Shown: piece by piece, positions 1 through 13,638 of the stretch
Layout of the letters: each line of letters opens with the position of its first letter
Position numbering within the stretch: position 1 is the first letter of the stretch
NCBI GenBank assembly: GCA_028534125.1
Contig: CM052832.1
Span: 18,912,001 to 18,976,000 of the forward strand
Reading direction: 5' to 3'
From: Lama glama
Taxonomy: Eukaryota
Length of the DNA: 64,000 nucleotides
Notes under the pieces: model-generated
Databases searched by the model: none
Told to the model about the DNA's origin: nothing
The model's input: the letters and a program-made list of their open reading frames with translations, nothing else
Made by a program: the position numbers and the translations under genes

Positions 1-513
1 AACATATGTTCAAATATTTTGCTTATTATTGAACTGGATTTTTTTTTAACCTTTTAAAAAATTGAGTTGTAGAAATTCCCTTTCTATTCTAATTATCAGT
101 CCTATGTCAAATGTTAGTTTTGAGACTATCTTCTCCTGGTCTACAGTTTGTCTATTAATTTTTAATAGTGCCTTTTGATGAACAGAGTTTCAATTTTGGA
201 GTCTAACTTATCACTTTCTTTTCTTTTATAGTTATGGATTTCTTTGTCATTTTCAAGAAACCTTTGCCTGTTCATAAGTCACAAATATAATGTTCTGTTT
301 TATTTTGGAAGCTTTATAGTTCTATCCTTTATGTTTAGTTCTATGGTCTATTTCACAGTAATTTTTGTGCGAGTGTGAGGTCAAGGTCAAAGTTCATTTT
401 TTCCCCGTATGAATATTCAATTGTATCAGCAGCATTTGTCGGAAATACTTTTCCCATTGGACTGCTTGGAAATTTTTGTTGCTGAAAATCAGTTTACCAT
501 ATAAGTATATATA

Positions 514-785
514 GTTACTAGGGGTGGGGGGAAGGGGTGGGAAGGAATAAATTGGTAGTTTGGGATTTGCAGATACTAACTACTATATATAAAATAGATA
601 AACAACAAGTTCCTACCGTATAGCACAGAGAACTATATTCAATATCTTGTAGTAACCAATGATGAAAAAGAACATAACAATGAATATATGTATGTATATA
701 TATGACTGAAACTTTATGCTGTACACCAGAAATTGACACACATTGTAAAGTGACTACACTTCAGTAAAAAAATAAAAATAAAGAA
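514..785 (+). mobile_element. L1 3' end (cetartiodactyl type), followed by a purine-rich simple repeat to about 935
   Basis: TTTGCAGATACTAACTACTATATATAAAATAGATAAACAACAAG...GCTGTACACCAGAAATTGACAC...A tail. Confidence 0.88.
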
Positions 786-2514
786 AGACGAAAAAAAGAA
801 AGGAAGGAAGAGAGAGAGGGAGGGAGGAAGACAAGAAAGAAGAAAGAAATATAGGAAGACAAAGCTAATCACCACAAGAAAGGGAGAGAGGGAAGGAGGG
901 GAAGAAAGGAAGAAATAAAGAAAAAGAGAAGGAAACAGAGGCAGCAGCATGCTCAGTGACCGCTGGACTACTGTGTTATTCCGTTTTTCCACCCTAGTGG
1001 AAAAACACTTGAAAAACACTCTTCCCAATATAGTTAATTCTTTTCTTGCAAAACATTTCTCATTATTTGACTTTTATTACCTTTAGCTGATGAAAAGCCA
1101 GCAATTTACTGAAAACTTTCCCATGAGGTAATGAGAGGAACCACTGAAACATATTCCAAACGTCTTATTGCAAGTTGATTGATTACATGGAAAAGTTATC
1201 TTCCTCCTCTGCTTTTTCTGTGGCTAATGAAGAACGTATTCAGATGCTGGTGTTATACTGGCTCCAACTCCTCTTGTTGGGTCTAACGTAGTTTGTCTTC
1301 TAAACTCTCACCAAACGCTGGGGATTTTTGGTAGGGGATTTTTACCTCATTTGACCTCTTTCCTTGGACTGGTCTGCAACAGAATATTTGCACTTCTTAA
1401 GTCTGGCTTAAAAAAAATCTACCTAAATTTTCCTTCCCTAGCATGCTACTGTCTTCCTATTGAAAGGTATTAAGAATAAAAGACTCTGAAGATCTTTATC
1501 CTTCATCTCATGCTAGTCATCTAGGATGAATGATGTGAACAAAAGGACATTTATTCCTAGACCATTCTAGCTATTGTAGTGCCCCTTAAATCTTCCCAGG
1601 TGAACCCAGTCCTTGTGTTAGTTCACCATAGCAAGGCATGTTTCTTTTCTGTGCATTATTTTTCGTATTGGAAAAGTGGATATAAATTTGCCACACTCCT
1701 TCCTAAGGGAGGCTTTGCTAAGCAATGAAATCATATGGATAAAAATTATTTAAATGTTAAAAAGCGGTAGATGTCCTGTATGAATAAGTGCTCGTTATTA
1801 ATGATGAGAGCTACCACTTAGCTGAGTCCCTGATGTACCCTAGGTCTTGTGCCAAACACTTTATTGACCTGATCTCATTTTAATTCTCAGCACTCCATTA
1901 TTTACATTTTACAGATGAGGAGGTTAAGTCATTCACCTAATGGCACACAGAGGCAGAATTCAGGTCTGTCTTAATCTATTGCCGGGGCTCTTAGACATCT
2001 TTCTGTATATTTCTCGATACTGTTTCTTGAATGTGCAGTATCCAACGTGGTGATGTCACTTGGATGGTCTCCAAACAACAGAAGGTCTACAATGGCTTAG
2101 GTGGCCTCCCCACTGTTGGTCTAGTCACAAGCTAGCAATAATAATTGAAAAAAAACTTGTTTGTGTAATACTTTCTGTATAGACATTTATACCACCTAGT
2201 TTAATCCTATCAACACTGCATTAGCCAGAGAAGATATTAACCTCATTTTATTCAGAGAGGCTGGTGGTCCACCTTGCCGAGAGCTAGCGCCAGATCTTCT
2301 CTTAACTGGGTTTTGTGAGTATCCACTTGTTGACCTGTAGTAGCTTTACTTTTAGTTTTTAGGAACTGGAAATCAGCAGTCAGTCGCACTTCTTACATAT
2401 CTAACTGTCTCACAGATCAGAACTCTCCTCTCAGCCATCCTGCAAGTGGGCATTTGTTTGTTGATCATGGTAGGTCTCCCACACTCATGGTTTTCATCCT
2501 TGGGGACTATAATG

Positions 2515-2998
2515 AACTTTCTATGATTGCTGTAACAGATTACCACTAGTGAGTGAAGCAACACACATTTACTGTCCTACAGTTTTGTAGGTTAGAAGTC
2601 CAACGTGGATCTCACTGGAATAAAATCCAGGTGTTGGCAAGGCTGTGTTCCTCTCTAGAGGCTCCAGGAGAGAATCTGCCACCTCGCTTTTTCTAGCTTC
2701 CGAGGCTGCACACGTTCCTTGGCTCGTGGTCCCTTCCTCTATCTTCAAATCCAGCAGTGGCGGGTCAAGTTCACCTCACACTCTGGACTCCCCTTCTGCC
2801 TCCCTCTTCCACGTTTATGGACCCTTGTGATTCCATTGAACCCACCTGGACAGTCTAGGATAATCTCTCTATCTTAAGGTCAGCTGACTTTAACTTCATC
2901 TGCAACTTTAATTCCCCTTTGCCTTAGATCCTAATTTATTCATAGTTCCCAGAATCGGAATGGAGATACCTTTGGGGGCCAATACTCTGCCTACCACA
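2515..2998 (-). mobile_element. MaLR solo LTR (MLT1D-like)
   Basis: Reverse complement begins TGTGGTAGGCAGAGTATTGGCCCCCAAAG and follows the MLT1 layout. Confidence 0.85.
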
Positions 2999-5296
2999 GG
3001 GGCTCATTTATGTTTAAAATGAAGGATAACACTGATGATGCTCATTAGGGAGAGGCAGGCATTTGAGCTAGCTGCGCCCCCTGGTGGCCAAAATAAAGTT
3101 GTGTTTTTATTTTGCAGAGGCTTTCCAGAATAATTGTGCTTGGCCACAACAGCTGCTGCTGCTTTTTGTCTTCTCTGTGTTGGTTGGGAAAGTCCCGAAA
3201 TAATTCTGGCCTTCCTCTACTGACGCTATAGCTCCCTAACTTCCTTTTCAAAGTGGTATTTAGTGACTCCCCTTTGTATACATAATACATTCCAACAAGT
3301 TTTTTCATAATAGTCCCCTGCCTTTTCAAACCTCAGTGGGTTGTTTGCAGCTTCAATAGGACAGTAAATATCAAATACCCAGCATGAGGTAGATCTACCA
3401 GTCAGAGAATTTAGTCGCAAACCTACTTGAGTTAGTGTGAGCAGTAAAAATCATTTGTTAAAGAATATTCGAGGGACTAGGAGGGCCAGAGAATCAGGCA
3501 TAGAGGTTAAGAAGCCAGGAGCAATGCCCAGATTATACAACTGAACGTTTCAGTGCCTGGACACAGGCCTGGATATAAGATGCAAAGGCCGGGCTCCTGG
3601 CCAGTTCTGCCCCTGTAGGCTGAATGCCTCTGCACCACCCTTGCCAGGAACAGCTCTTCCTAGCACCTCCTTATTCTGAATTGATGGTTTTTCTGACTAC
3701 TTCTGACTGACTGAGTTCAGGTCCCATATATATATAGCCCAGCCACAAGTGAGGCTGGAAAAGTGAGTTTCTGACTTTTGTATTGGGAAGTCATGGGCTC
3801 AAATGGTGGGGAATTACCCAAATGCAGGAGGAATGTTAAAAAGTTGCCAGAAAACTTGACGAATATTTGCTATAGTATGTAATCCATAAATAGTACCTCT
3901 TTTCCTCAGAGAACATCACAAACTAGAATGGGTTCATAAGCAAACATCCATAAACAGGTGAGACAACTATATCTCTAGTGAAGTTCACTATATGAAACTT
4001 TATTATGAAAATCTTCAAATGTACTCTAAGCTTCAACTTTATGAAGTCATAGTTAATCCTGTTTCAGCTCCGCTTACACATACTCCTCTATTTCTCCTGA
4101 TTATTTTGAAGCAGATCCGAAACATCAAACCTTTTCATTCACATATATTTTGGATGCATCTCTAACAGATGCGAATTTCTTGTGAATTTTCGATTCTGCA
4201 GAAGCAGCAAGACACAATCACTTTTCTAGTTTTGCATGTACTCAGATTCTCCTTCAGGGTAACAAGTATTTATCTAGTAAGCTCTATGTGGAAGATGCTG
4301 GAATAGTTAGCTCATATGTTTCAGGAGCTTACAGACTATTCAGGTATTCATCCATTCATCCTTGCAGCAAAAGCTCAGGAAGTATCAGCTACCTTTCCCA
4401 CATTTGGCTCGACATAGAGGTAAATAAAAACAGTCATTGCTTTTAGTCATTTGATGGAGAGCAAAGTTCTAATGGGTTAAATGACAAAGCGGGAGATAAA
4501 CAATTAGTCAATAAACAATAAAGAGATATCATAAAGCAGTAGGTGATTGATCAGAAAATGAATCAAGAAAACAGTAGACAAAATCCTCCAAGTTTTTGTG
4601 GAAGATTTTTGATATGCCAATTCACAGATACTCATCGGTAGGAATTACATACCTGATTAAGGTAGTTGAATATCTTTGATGATGGATTATTCAATCCAAG
4701 CACAGAAATTTGAAACAAATTTTAATACAGAGAAAAAGAACATTGCCCAACATATTTGCTAAAATTTCCTCTCAGGGGAATCCATAAAACCACATAAAGT
4801 CCCCAAATGTATTGTTTATTTTTATGCAAACATCATGTTATCCAGAGTTACATCACTCTGTAGGGATATATAAGCAGATGTATAACTTCAATGATTTCCA
4901 AACCCAAAGAGGCAAATATCTGACTCATTATGGCTATAACAAATTGGTTTGGGTGTGAGGAAGGAAATACAATCCTTGATGTTTGTAAGAAAAACCCAGA
5001 TAAATAGTACCAGAACTGAGCTGAATTTAAAACTTTTTATTTAGATTTTGTAGGTGCCGCAGTCTTCCAACCCTCCATGTCCCCCATTTTCAGTAGAGAT
5101 TGAACTGCAAACAAGGGAAGAATTCCATGTGGACCAGACAAGTTGGTCTAGTGCTTTGTACAATCCTCAAATTGCTGAACTCTGAATCTGAACATATTTT
5201 GGCATACATCAGAGAGCAAATCCCAGCTTAACACCACCCAGGATATCTTGGATGTGAGTGCCTGGATGTACAAGGTGTAATATTTAATGTAAAAAC

Positions 5297-5426
5297 TTAT
5301 TTATTTATTTATTTGTTTATTTGTTTGTTTGTTTATTTATTATTTTGTAATGGAGGTACTGGGGATTGAACCCAGGACCTTGTGAATGCTAAGCACACAC
5401 TCTGTCACTGAGCTGCACCCTCCCCC
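5297..5426 (-). mobile_element. tRNA-derived SINE (camelid Vic-1-like)
   Basis: Reverse complement of GGGGAGGG..AGCTCAGTG..AGAG..TGCTTAGCAT..AAGGTCCTGGGTTCAATCCCCAGTACCTCCATT, with A/B boxes and an (AAAT/AAAC)n tail. Confidence 0.9.
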
Positions 5427-6423
5427 AGCCACGCCCCTTCTGATGCACATTTGGGGTAGTTCTAAACTGAAGTTATTATAAACAAGGCTACCATAAATAG
5501 GCTCTACATTTTAGAGAACAGTTGCTGCTTTCTCCACTCAACTAGAAGAAATAATAAAAGCACAGAAAAGAAACAAAAAAAGAAAGTCCTGGCTAGTTTC
5601 CCTTAATTAAATTGCGAGATAGGCCTACTTAACCTGGAGGTATGGCTAAGGGGAACTCAGTCATGTCACATTTGCAATTTGAAGGGCGGCTTCAGGGTCA
5701 GACAAGCTCAGACTACCAACCAATTAGAGTCTAATTCCCGAAAGAAAATGGAATTGAAAAAGCTGTGTTCAAATAAAATTGAGATGGTAAAAGGTTGCAC
5801 AATTATAGATGTCTCCTTAATTTGGCTGTAATGTATGGGCCAGGTTTGGATCCTGATTTGACCCAGAATATATACAAGACAACTAGGGAAATCTGACTAC
5901 TGACTGGATACTTGACATTAAGGAATTTTAAACAAATGTGCTAGACTCGGTAGTGATGTTATAATTATGTTGATTAGAATCCTTATACTTTAGAGGTACA
6001 TACTGAAATCATGTCTGGGGTTAGCTTCAGGATCATACAGCTGGGGAGGAGAGAACCCTGTGCGCGTGTGTACGTGTGGGTGGGTGTGTGGGGACAAATG
6101 ATCTGTCTAAGTTGGATCAAGGGAGTTGATTAGATCATTCTTTCTACTTTTGTGAAATTTTCTATAATAAGGTAAACAAACAATTTGGTCTTGGTGACTG
6201 ATTATTTCCCTGGGGGCAGAGAGAGGCTGTGAAAGGACTTGGGAAAGGGAAGAGGGCACTTTATTAGGGTTGACTGCTATTATTAATAATGGAATTTTTC
6301 ACTCTTGGCCTTAGTCCAGGGCTGAGGAGCTTTGTATTCTTAAGGTCACGGGCTCATGGGAGAAAATGAAACCAAACCAGGGCACAAACTTTTAATTAAA
6401 AAGATTTTTTAAAAAATTAACAG

Positions 6424-6923
6424 NNNNNNNNNNNNNNNNNNNNNNNNNNNNNNNNNNNNNNNNNNNNNNNNNNNNNNNNNNNNNNNNNNNNNNNNNNNNN
6501 NNNNNNNNNNNNNNNNNNNNNNNNNNNNNNNNNNNNNNNNNNNNNNNNNNNNNNNNNNNNNNNNNNNNNNNNNNNNNNNNNNNNNNNNNNNNNNNNNNNN
6601 NNNNNNNNNNNNNNNNNNNNNNNNNNNNNNNNNNNNNNNNNNNNNNNNNNNNNNNNNNNNNNNNNNNNNNNNNNNNNNNNNNNNNNNNNNNNNNNNNNNN
6701 NNNNNNNNNNNNNNNNNNNNNNNNNNNNNNNNNNNNNNNNNNNNNNNNNNNNNNNNNNNNNNNNNNNNNNNNNNNNNNNNNNNNNNNNNNNNNNNNNNNN
6801 NNNNNNNNNNNNNNNNNNNNNNNNNNNNNNNNNNNNNNNNNNNNNNNNNNNNNNNNNNNNNNNNNNNNNNNNNNNNNNNNNNNNNNNNNNNNNNNNNNNN
6901 NNNNNNNNNNNNNNNNNNNNNNN
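6424..6923. other. Assembly gap, 500 N
   Basis: Run of exactly 500 N. Confidence 1.
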
Positions 6924-7970
6924 CTGCGTAGCGTAGGCATTGTGGAGTGTTTCACTGTAACAGATGGAGAAACTGAGGCTCCAAGAGGTGAAGTTCATTT
7001 AGCGAGTAAGTGGGAGAGGCAGATTTGAAGCCCCTCTCCCCTCCACTGCCCCCCCTCCTCTCCTCTCCCTTCCTCCCTCTCTCTCCCAATCCCGAACCTT
7101 GGGATCTCAACCATTACGGTGGAGGCGCAGTAGAGAGATGGAAAGCCATGTTAAGACATAAAGAATGACTGACCTCACTGTTACTATCAATGGCCACGTA
7201 ATATGTTCTCTCTCTGTGTCTCCCTGTCCTCATCTATGAAGTAGAGATAATCATGCCTACTACATAGAGTGCATTTTTAGGATTACATAATAAAATATTC
7301 AGAAATCAGTAAGAACACACTTGACTTATCAATGGTCCTCTATACATGTTATATAATTGATGGGCAGGTGGAGAGTGGCTTGATAAACAGCTGGAAATTG
7401 GAGTACTTCCTCAAGGGTGCAGGTGGCACCTGATTACATAAGCCGTGGACATACAGAGAGGATCAGGAGACCCCTAGGTGTTTGGGGGAAAGGGGACACC
7501 AAAGGCCAACAACACCCACTTCACACTTGCCTCAGACAGATCCTAGATGCAGGTATAACACACAAGGAAAGAGTAGCACCTAGTTATTTAGTAAAACTGT
7601 TTTCTAAAAGTCAACAGCAGTGGGTAGTGCGGACTGTTTTTTCATTGATAAGGACCATCTCAAATTGCTGCTTCCACAGTGGTTCCTCAAACTGGCTGAT
7701 ACCCAAAATAATCGGGGGAATTTTTTGAAAATATAAACTCAGAGTTCCTAGGTAAAATATTTCCATGGTGGGGAAATTTTGAGGACCACTAGAGTAAAGG
7801 GAACAAAAGCACTTGTTCACTCCTTTATCACCCAAATGTAGAGCAGTGCCCAGTATGTAGAAGATACTCGATTAGTATTTGCTGAATGAAATGTCTTTAT
7901 TCCTGCCTCCTTCTATCCTTCCTTCCCCAAACACATGGAGCATTTTCCATGAAGTACTCTGAGATGTTCT

Positions 7971-8093
7971 CTTTTTTAAATTAATTGATTTTATTTTTAT
8001 TTTGAATTTTTTTAATGGAGGTACTGGCATTGAACCCAGGACCTTGTACCTGCTAAGCATGCACTCTACCACTGAGCTGTTACCCTCCCTCAT
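7971..8093 (-). mobile_element. tRNA-derived SINE with 14-bp target-site duplication
   Basis: Same SINE body; CTCTGAGATGTTCT at 7957-7970 and 8094-8107. Confidence 0.92.
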
Positions 8094-8861
8094 CTCTGAG
8101 ATGTTCTGAGTATTCAGTTTGGAATCTTCTCAGGGGTGGGCTCTACGCAGAGGAAAAAGAAGATGGGATTTAAGGGGCATGGTCAGGACTTGCTTGCTCC
8201 AAAGTCTTCCTGTTAGTGTCTGCCAGAGAACTAGCGATTTCTACCACTGCCACCTTTCCTGTGTTAGGATTTTTGTGTCTCCAGGAGACTTCAATTACTA
8301 GACGAAATACATTCTGTCAGGAGACAGAGGGTGTTGGAAAGGGAAGATGGAGAGTACCAGGAGTGAAGACACTTGATTCGTAGCTTATCACACATTAGTA
8401 CAGACGATGGAATTGATGGGAAGTGGAAGTGAGAAGTCTCAGAACTTGGAAGTGGCAGGCCAAGAGGAACACTCAGGAAGCTGGCAGGCATGGGGTTAGG
8501 GAAGGCTGATGTGGGTTGAGGGCAGTGGTGGTGAGATTTGAAGAGTACAGAGAGCTATTCACACTTTAACTTTACCTAAGTAACACTTTGTGGTGGGTCA
8601 TGTGACATTAATGTACCAGTAATGCTTGGTCCACAGTTGACTCTGACCTGTTGAAATGCATTGCTGAAAATTAGCACTTCAACCCTACTGACATTTTTGG
8701 AGACCTTCTAAGTGCTAAGGTTTGAGATACAGAGATTGTTCTTCATGAAGCATGACGTTTAAAGGAGTCAGATTCACAGATTTATACCATTCCCAGGGCT
8801 TTGTAAGGGCTGGTTATTGTTTCTTGAAATCACTTGAGTGGCTCTTTCCCTGCCCTTGGGC

Positions 8862-8866
<5 letters not shown>

Positions 8867-8906
<40 letters not shown>
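8867..8906 (+). repeat. (AC)20 microsatellite
   Basis: Perfect dinucleotide run. Confidence 0.97.
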
Positions 8907-8909
<3 letters not shown>

Positions 8910-9319
8910 GATGAATACTTGGCTGAATACTCCAAGTTCTCTCTCGGTACAGGGCTGTTGCCTTGGTATTCTGCCCCACAAACCCTAACGCCTCAAATTC
9001 TCCAGCCCCTCAGCTGTTTCCTCACGTCAGGGAGACTTCCAGAAAGGTGTCCCTTCCTTTCTCTGCAACCTGGAAATTCTCTGAGCAGTAAGCTGGGGCA
9101 GTCATTCGGCTTACCTTATCTGTTTTCTGTTTCTTGGAGATCATCATTCTTTGCTGTCTTACTTGTTTTGAGAATTGTTCTTTCACATAATTTTACCCCC
9201 CCCCCCTTTTTTTAGTTGTTTCAAACAAGAGGGTAAATCTGGTTCCTATTACTTCATCTTGGCCGGAAGTGGAAATATATGAGTTATTCTTGATGCTCTT
9301 GTTTCCTACTCATTTTTGG

Positions 9320-10950
9320 TTTTAATTTACATTTCTCTGATGACTAGTGATGTTGAACAGTTTCATGTGGTCATCGGCCAATGGTTTATCTTTTTTGATA
9401 AAATGTCTGTTCAAATATTTTGCCTGTTTTTTAAAGTTGGATTCCTTAACTTTTATTCTTGAGTTGTCGGGATTCTTGAGTTGTATACGATGGACAGGAG
9501 TTTTTCATCAATGTGTATTTTGCAAATATTTTCCCTTAGTAGGTAGCATGTCTATTCATTTTTCTTAACCATGTCTTTTGTTAAGTAGAAGTTTAAAATT
9601 TTTTGATGAAGTCTAATTTGTTAATTTCTTTTCTATGGTTATGCATTCTGTACCATTTCTAAGATATCTGTGTGTACCTCCAAGTCCTAAGGTTACTTTC
9701 TGTGCTTTCTTCTTAAAGCATCATAGTTTAATGTTTAAGTTTAGGTCTCTGTTTTACCTCAGATAAACTTTTGTATGTGGTGTGAGGTAGGGATAGAGGT
9801 TAATTTTTCCCCCATGTAAGCATTCATCTGTTCTAGTACTGTTTATTGAAAAATAACAAATGGCTTCTATTCTGTTGTATCAACCTAATTTCTCAATCCT
9901 TTACTGGTACTATAGTCTTGATTCTGGAGCTTCATAATAAAGTTTTGAAGTCAAGAATAAATCCTCCAACTTTATTCTTCTTTTTCAAGATTGCTTTGGC
10001 TATTTTAGTTATTTGAATTTCCATATACATCTTAAAATAAACTTGTCAATTTCTATAAAAAGCTTAGTGGAATTATGATTGGAAATGCATTGAATCTATT
10101 GCATCACGGATCAGTTTGGAGAAATGATACCTTAACCACTAAGTCTTCCTACCCTTGATATTTTAGTGTCACTATTTATGTAGGGTTTAATTTATATATT
10201 ATGTAATTGAATCTTGATGGAATATACTAGATTTAATACTGTTCTAGGATTTTATCCATTTCCTCTATATGTTTATATTTATTGGCAGAAAGATTTTTAT
10301 CATATTAAGTTGTCTTTTTAATGTCTACAGCATTCATTGTATATCACCTTCTTTCTTCCTGATAATGGTGATTTGTATCTTTTTTTTCTTGACCAATAAT
10401 ATTATTAGATATTTTTCTTTTGTTTTGACCTCTTCAAAGAACTAATTTTTGAAGAGATTATTTTGAGTAGGTTATCTCCATTTTATATTAATTTTCTATT
10501 TTAGTTCTGCTCTTTATTATGTTCTTTCTCTTTTTTCTCTATTTTTTTTGCAGTTCTTTTTCTAACTTCTCAGAATTAATATTTAGCTCATTAAATTTCA
10601 GATTTTCTTCTCTTCTAATGTCAACATTTATCTCTAAATATTGCTTCAATGAATCCCACAGGTTTGATATACATATTTTCATTAGAACCTAGTTCTAATA
10701 ATTCTCATCTATTAATATTTATTTATGACCAATATGTTATTTAAATATGTTTCTTAATTTCCAACAGTAAATTTTAGTTATCATTTTGATTTTGATTCTG
10801 AGCTTAGTTGCATTATAATATATGTCATATTGTATCTCTATATATCATTCCTTTGAGATTAGTTGAGATTCAGCCTGTGTATGATCAGATATTGTAACTG
10901 TTTCATGTGCACTGGAAAATAATGTATATTTTGTAGTTGTTGCGTAGTAT
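9320..10950 (-). mobile_element. Old, degraded L1 (L1M-type) fragments
   Basis: T-rich L1 antisense motifs such as tcctccaactttattcttctttttcaagattgctttggctatt and gattggaaatgcattgaatctat. Confidence 0.75.
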
Positions 10951-11225
10951 GTAAATATATGATATATGTTTTATATGATATAGAGGCAATATATAATATG
11001 ATTATAAATAATATAAATTACAAATAATATGTAACATGTTACGTATGACAGACACATTGCGTATATTACATGTTAAATACATAATATCATGTTATATTAT
11101 ATATAACATCATATATGCTATATGATGTAGAGGCATTATATATGATATTACATATAACATATATAATGTTATATATGATATAGAGGCATTTTATATATAT
11201 GTGTGTGTCACATATGGTATAGAGG
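10950..11225. repeat. AT-rich low-complexity tract with a recurring unit
   Basis: TATATGAT(A/G)TAGAGGCA recurs at about 10973, 11119 and 11174, with a further variant at about 11212. Confidence 0.75.
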
Positions 11226-11679
11226 ATATTTTTTTTCCTTTTTTTTTTTTTGGTTGTTTCATACAAGATGGTAAGTCTAGTCTCTATTATTCCATCCTAG
11301 CCAGAAGTGGAAATACATGAGTCATTCCTGAGGCTTTTGTTTCCACTAATTTTTTGTTTTAATTTACGTTTCTCTGGTAACTAATGATGCTGGGCACTTT
11401 TTCAAGGGTTCATCGGCCTTTGGTTTATATACCTCTTTTTCCATTAGGTGAGATTTGTTAACTGTGTTCTTCAAACCCACTTCATCCTTCCTAATTTCTT
11501 TTTCTGACCTAGCCCCAAATTTATGCGTACCTTTGGGGACTGATATTATTCTGACCATGATCCTAATGAGTCTGGAAGCTGCACGTATACCATCATCAGG
11601 ACAAAATTCTTTCTGAAGACCAGTTACCCCAAGTGAAGTTATTGCTCACTCTCCCTGCCTGAGCAGACCCTTAGTCCTG

Positions 11680-12230
11680 GAGGAGGGAGAGCGGGGAGCA
11701 GGAAGCGCGGGGAGCAGGGAGCGCGGAGAGCAGGGAGGGCTGGGAGAGCAGGAGGCGCCGCGAGCACCCGCGGAGCAGAGCGCCCGCCCTGCGCGCTGGG
11801 AGCGGGAGGCACGGAGGAGGTTTCGCCAGGGTGGGAGAGTGCGGGGCGGGCTCCCATATGTCCTCAAGCACTCATTAGTCTGTGACGCGGCGGGGAGGAG
11901 CCTTTCCTGATGTACAGGACGGGGAGGAACCGTTTCTGTGTTCCCTGTCCTGTTGCCTGGGCCGCGTCCAGGAGGTGCCTCCTTTTCCCACGCGGTGCCC
12001 AGCCAGGCACCTCTGGTGGGTCCTATTTTTTGTTCTCTTGACTCCGGTGCCTCTCCCTCCCGCCCCTCCAGGTGCAGCCATACTCCTGCAGAGACTGCTT
12101 CTCCAGGGGCGAATCCGATCAGGCCACTGGCCTTCTGAACATCCCTCCTTAGTTCCCACAGGTGAGAAGGCCTCGCTCTGGGCTGGCACGCAGCGCTTTT
12201 CATGCGCTTCCCGCTGCGCGCGCGCGCCTT
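11680..12230. promoter_or_regulatory. Isolated GC/CpG-rich island with a short degenerate tandem repeat
   Basis: Abrupt CpG enrichment in AT-rich surroundings; repeated GCG(C)GG(G/A)GAGCAGG(G/A)A; GC box GGGGCGGG at 11843; (CG)n at about 12216-12227. Confidence 0.5.
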
Positions 12231-13638
12231 CCTAATTAATTTCTAAAATACATTATTATCTGCTTATATTATCAGCTACTGAGGGAGTCTTTACAAATCT
12301 ACCATGATTTTGATCTTGCCTTTTACTTCTTAGAGTTTGTCAGTATATCTCCAGGCTGTTACTAGCGCATGCAGCTTTCAAATTATTAGGATTTCTGCTG
12401 AACTGAACATTTTATCTTAGTGAAATGCCTATCTCTGGGCACGTTTATTGCTTAACATACTCTTTCTCTATTGTCAGTGCGGCTCTATCAGCATTCTCTT
12501 GGTTAGAGATACTTCTTTTATGCCCACGTGACATATGTGTAAGTGTGTAAATTGACACATATTTGTGGGCACAGTTCATAGAACTGAATTAATGATACTA
12601 TTATGGACCTTTTGTGTTGTTTTTTTCCTATGGTGCTTTGGTGGTTTAGTTATTTTATACTAGGAGCTGCTCAATGCTTTGGAATTTTACGTGTGGAAAT
12701 GATCTTGAGCTGGTTTGGAGGTGGAGTCCTTCAGAGGGGGATTTTCATTTGCTTCTTCCAGATTTATGGGAACTAATAGTCTAGATTCACTGAAAATTAA
12801 ATCTTTCTCCAGTTCTCCCAGGTAGCATGAATTCAGGCTGAAAACATTCCTAAAGGCCAGGTTCTGTTTTTTTGTTTGTTTGTTTGTTTGTTTCTTGTTT
12901 GCTTGTTTCTTCTCTCTTCTTTAAATTGATGGTTTAACCCATTGGGATACCAACTTTGGGGTAGAATATCTGTTAGACTCCTCAGCTGGGCAGGATCTGG
13001 GCTGTGTCTCTGGAGTTTTTTGAGGCCATGACTTCGAAGCTCAGTCTGTCTTCCCTTCTCCCCCTTGTCTGGTGAGTGGCTGGCTCTAGTGCTCCCTAAA
13101 TGTGCCTGTAGAGTCCCTTGTCTTCCCTCTGTCGCTGGTTTGAGAATTCCTTTCTTCTTTCATGATAGCTCATTGACTCTTTTTAAGATTTTTGTCTGTT
13201 TTTACTTATTTTCAACAAGAGGACCTATTCAAGTGTTTAGTTCATCACTTTACTGGAAACAATCTAAATTTAGTAGACAGCACATCTAACTCTGTTAGGC
13301 TGCTTAGTTATGCTCTTTTTGCCCTCTTGAGTAATTATATATCTCAGTACACTATAACTGAGAAAATTTGTTTTCTTTAACTGAATTCCATAAAGAGAAG
13401 TTGGGAGGGCGAAAGGCTTTCCTATGTGGTAACTGTTTTAGTAACATTTTTAGCTTGTATCAGTTGTAAAAGAGGACACTACAATGTTTTGAAGAGGGTA
13501 CTACAGACAATTTACATCTGTCAACTAGAAACTGCTTGGGAAACTTGACTTTTTTTTTATTATTATTTTATAGCTTTTATTTCCCTTTAGATTATATTAT
13601 AGCTTTTATTTCCCAGAACTAAAATCACACAAACAAGA

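Noticed and set aside
6392..6998. Long ORFs across the first gap (and 42096-42727 across the second)
   Set aside because: They are artefacts of translating N runs.
11639..12235. Cluster of overlapping ORFs on both strands
   Set aside because: Expected from stop-codon scarcity in GC-rich repetitive DNA; no protein similarity recognised.
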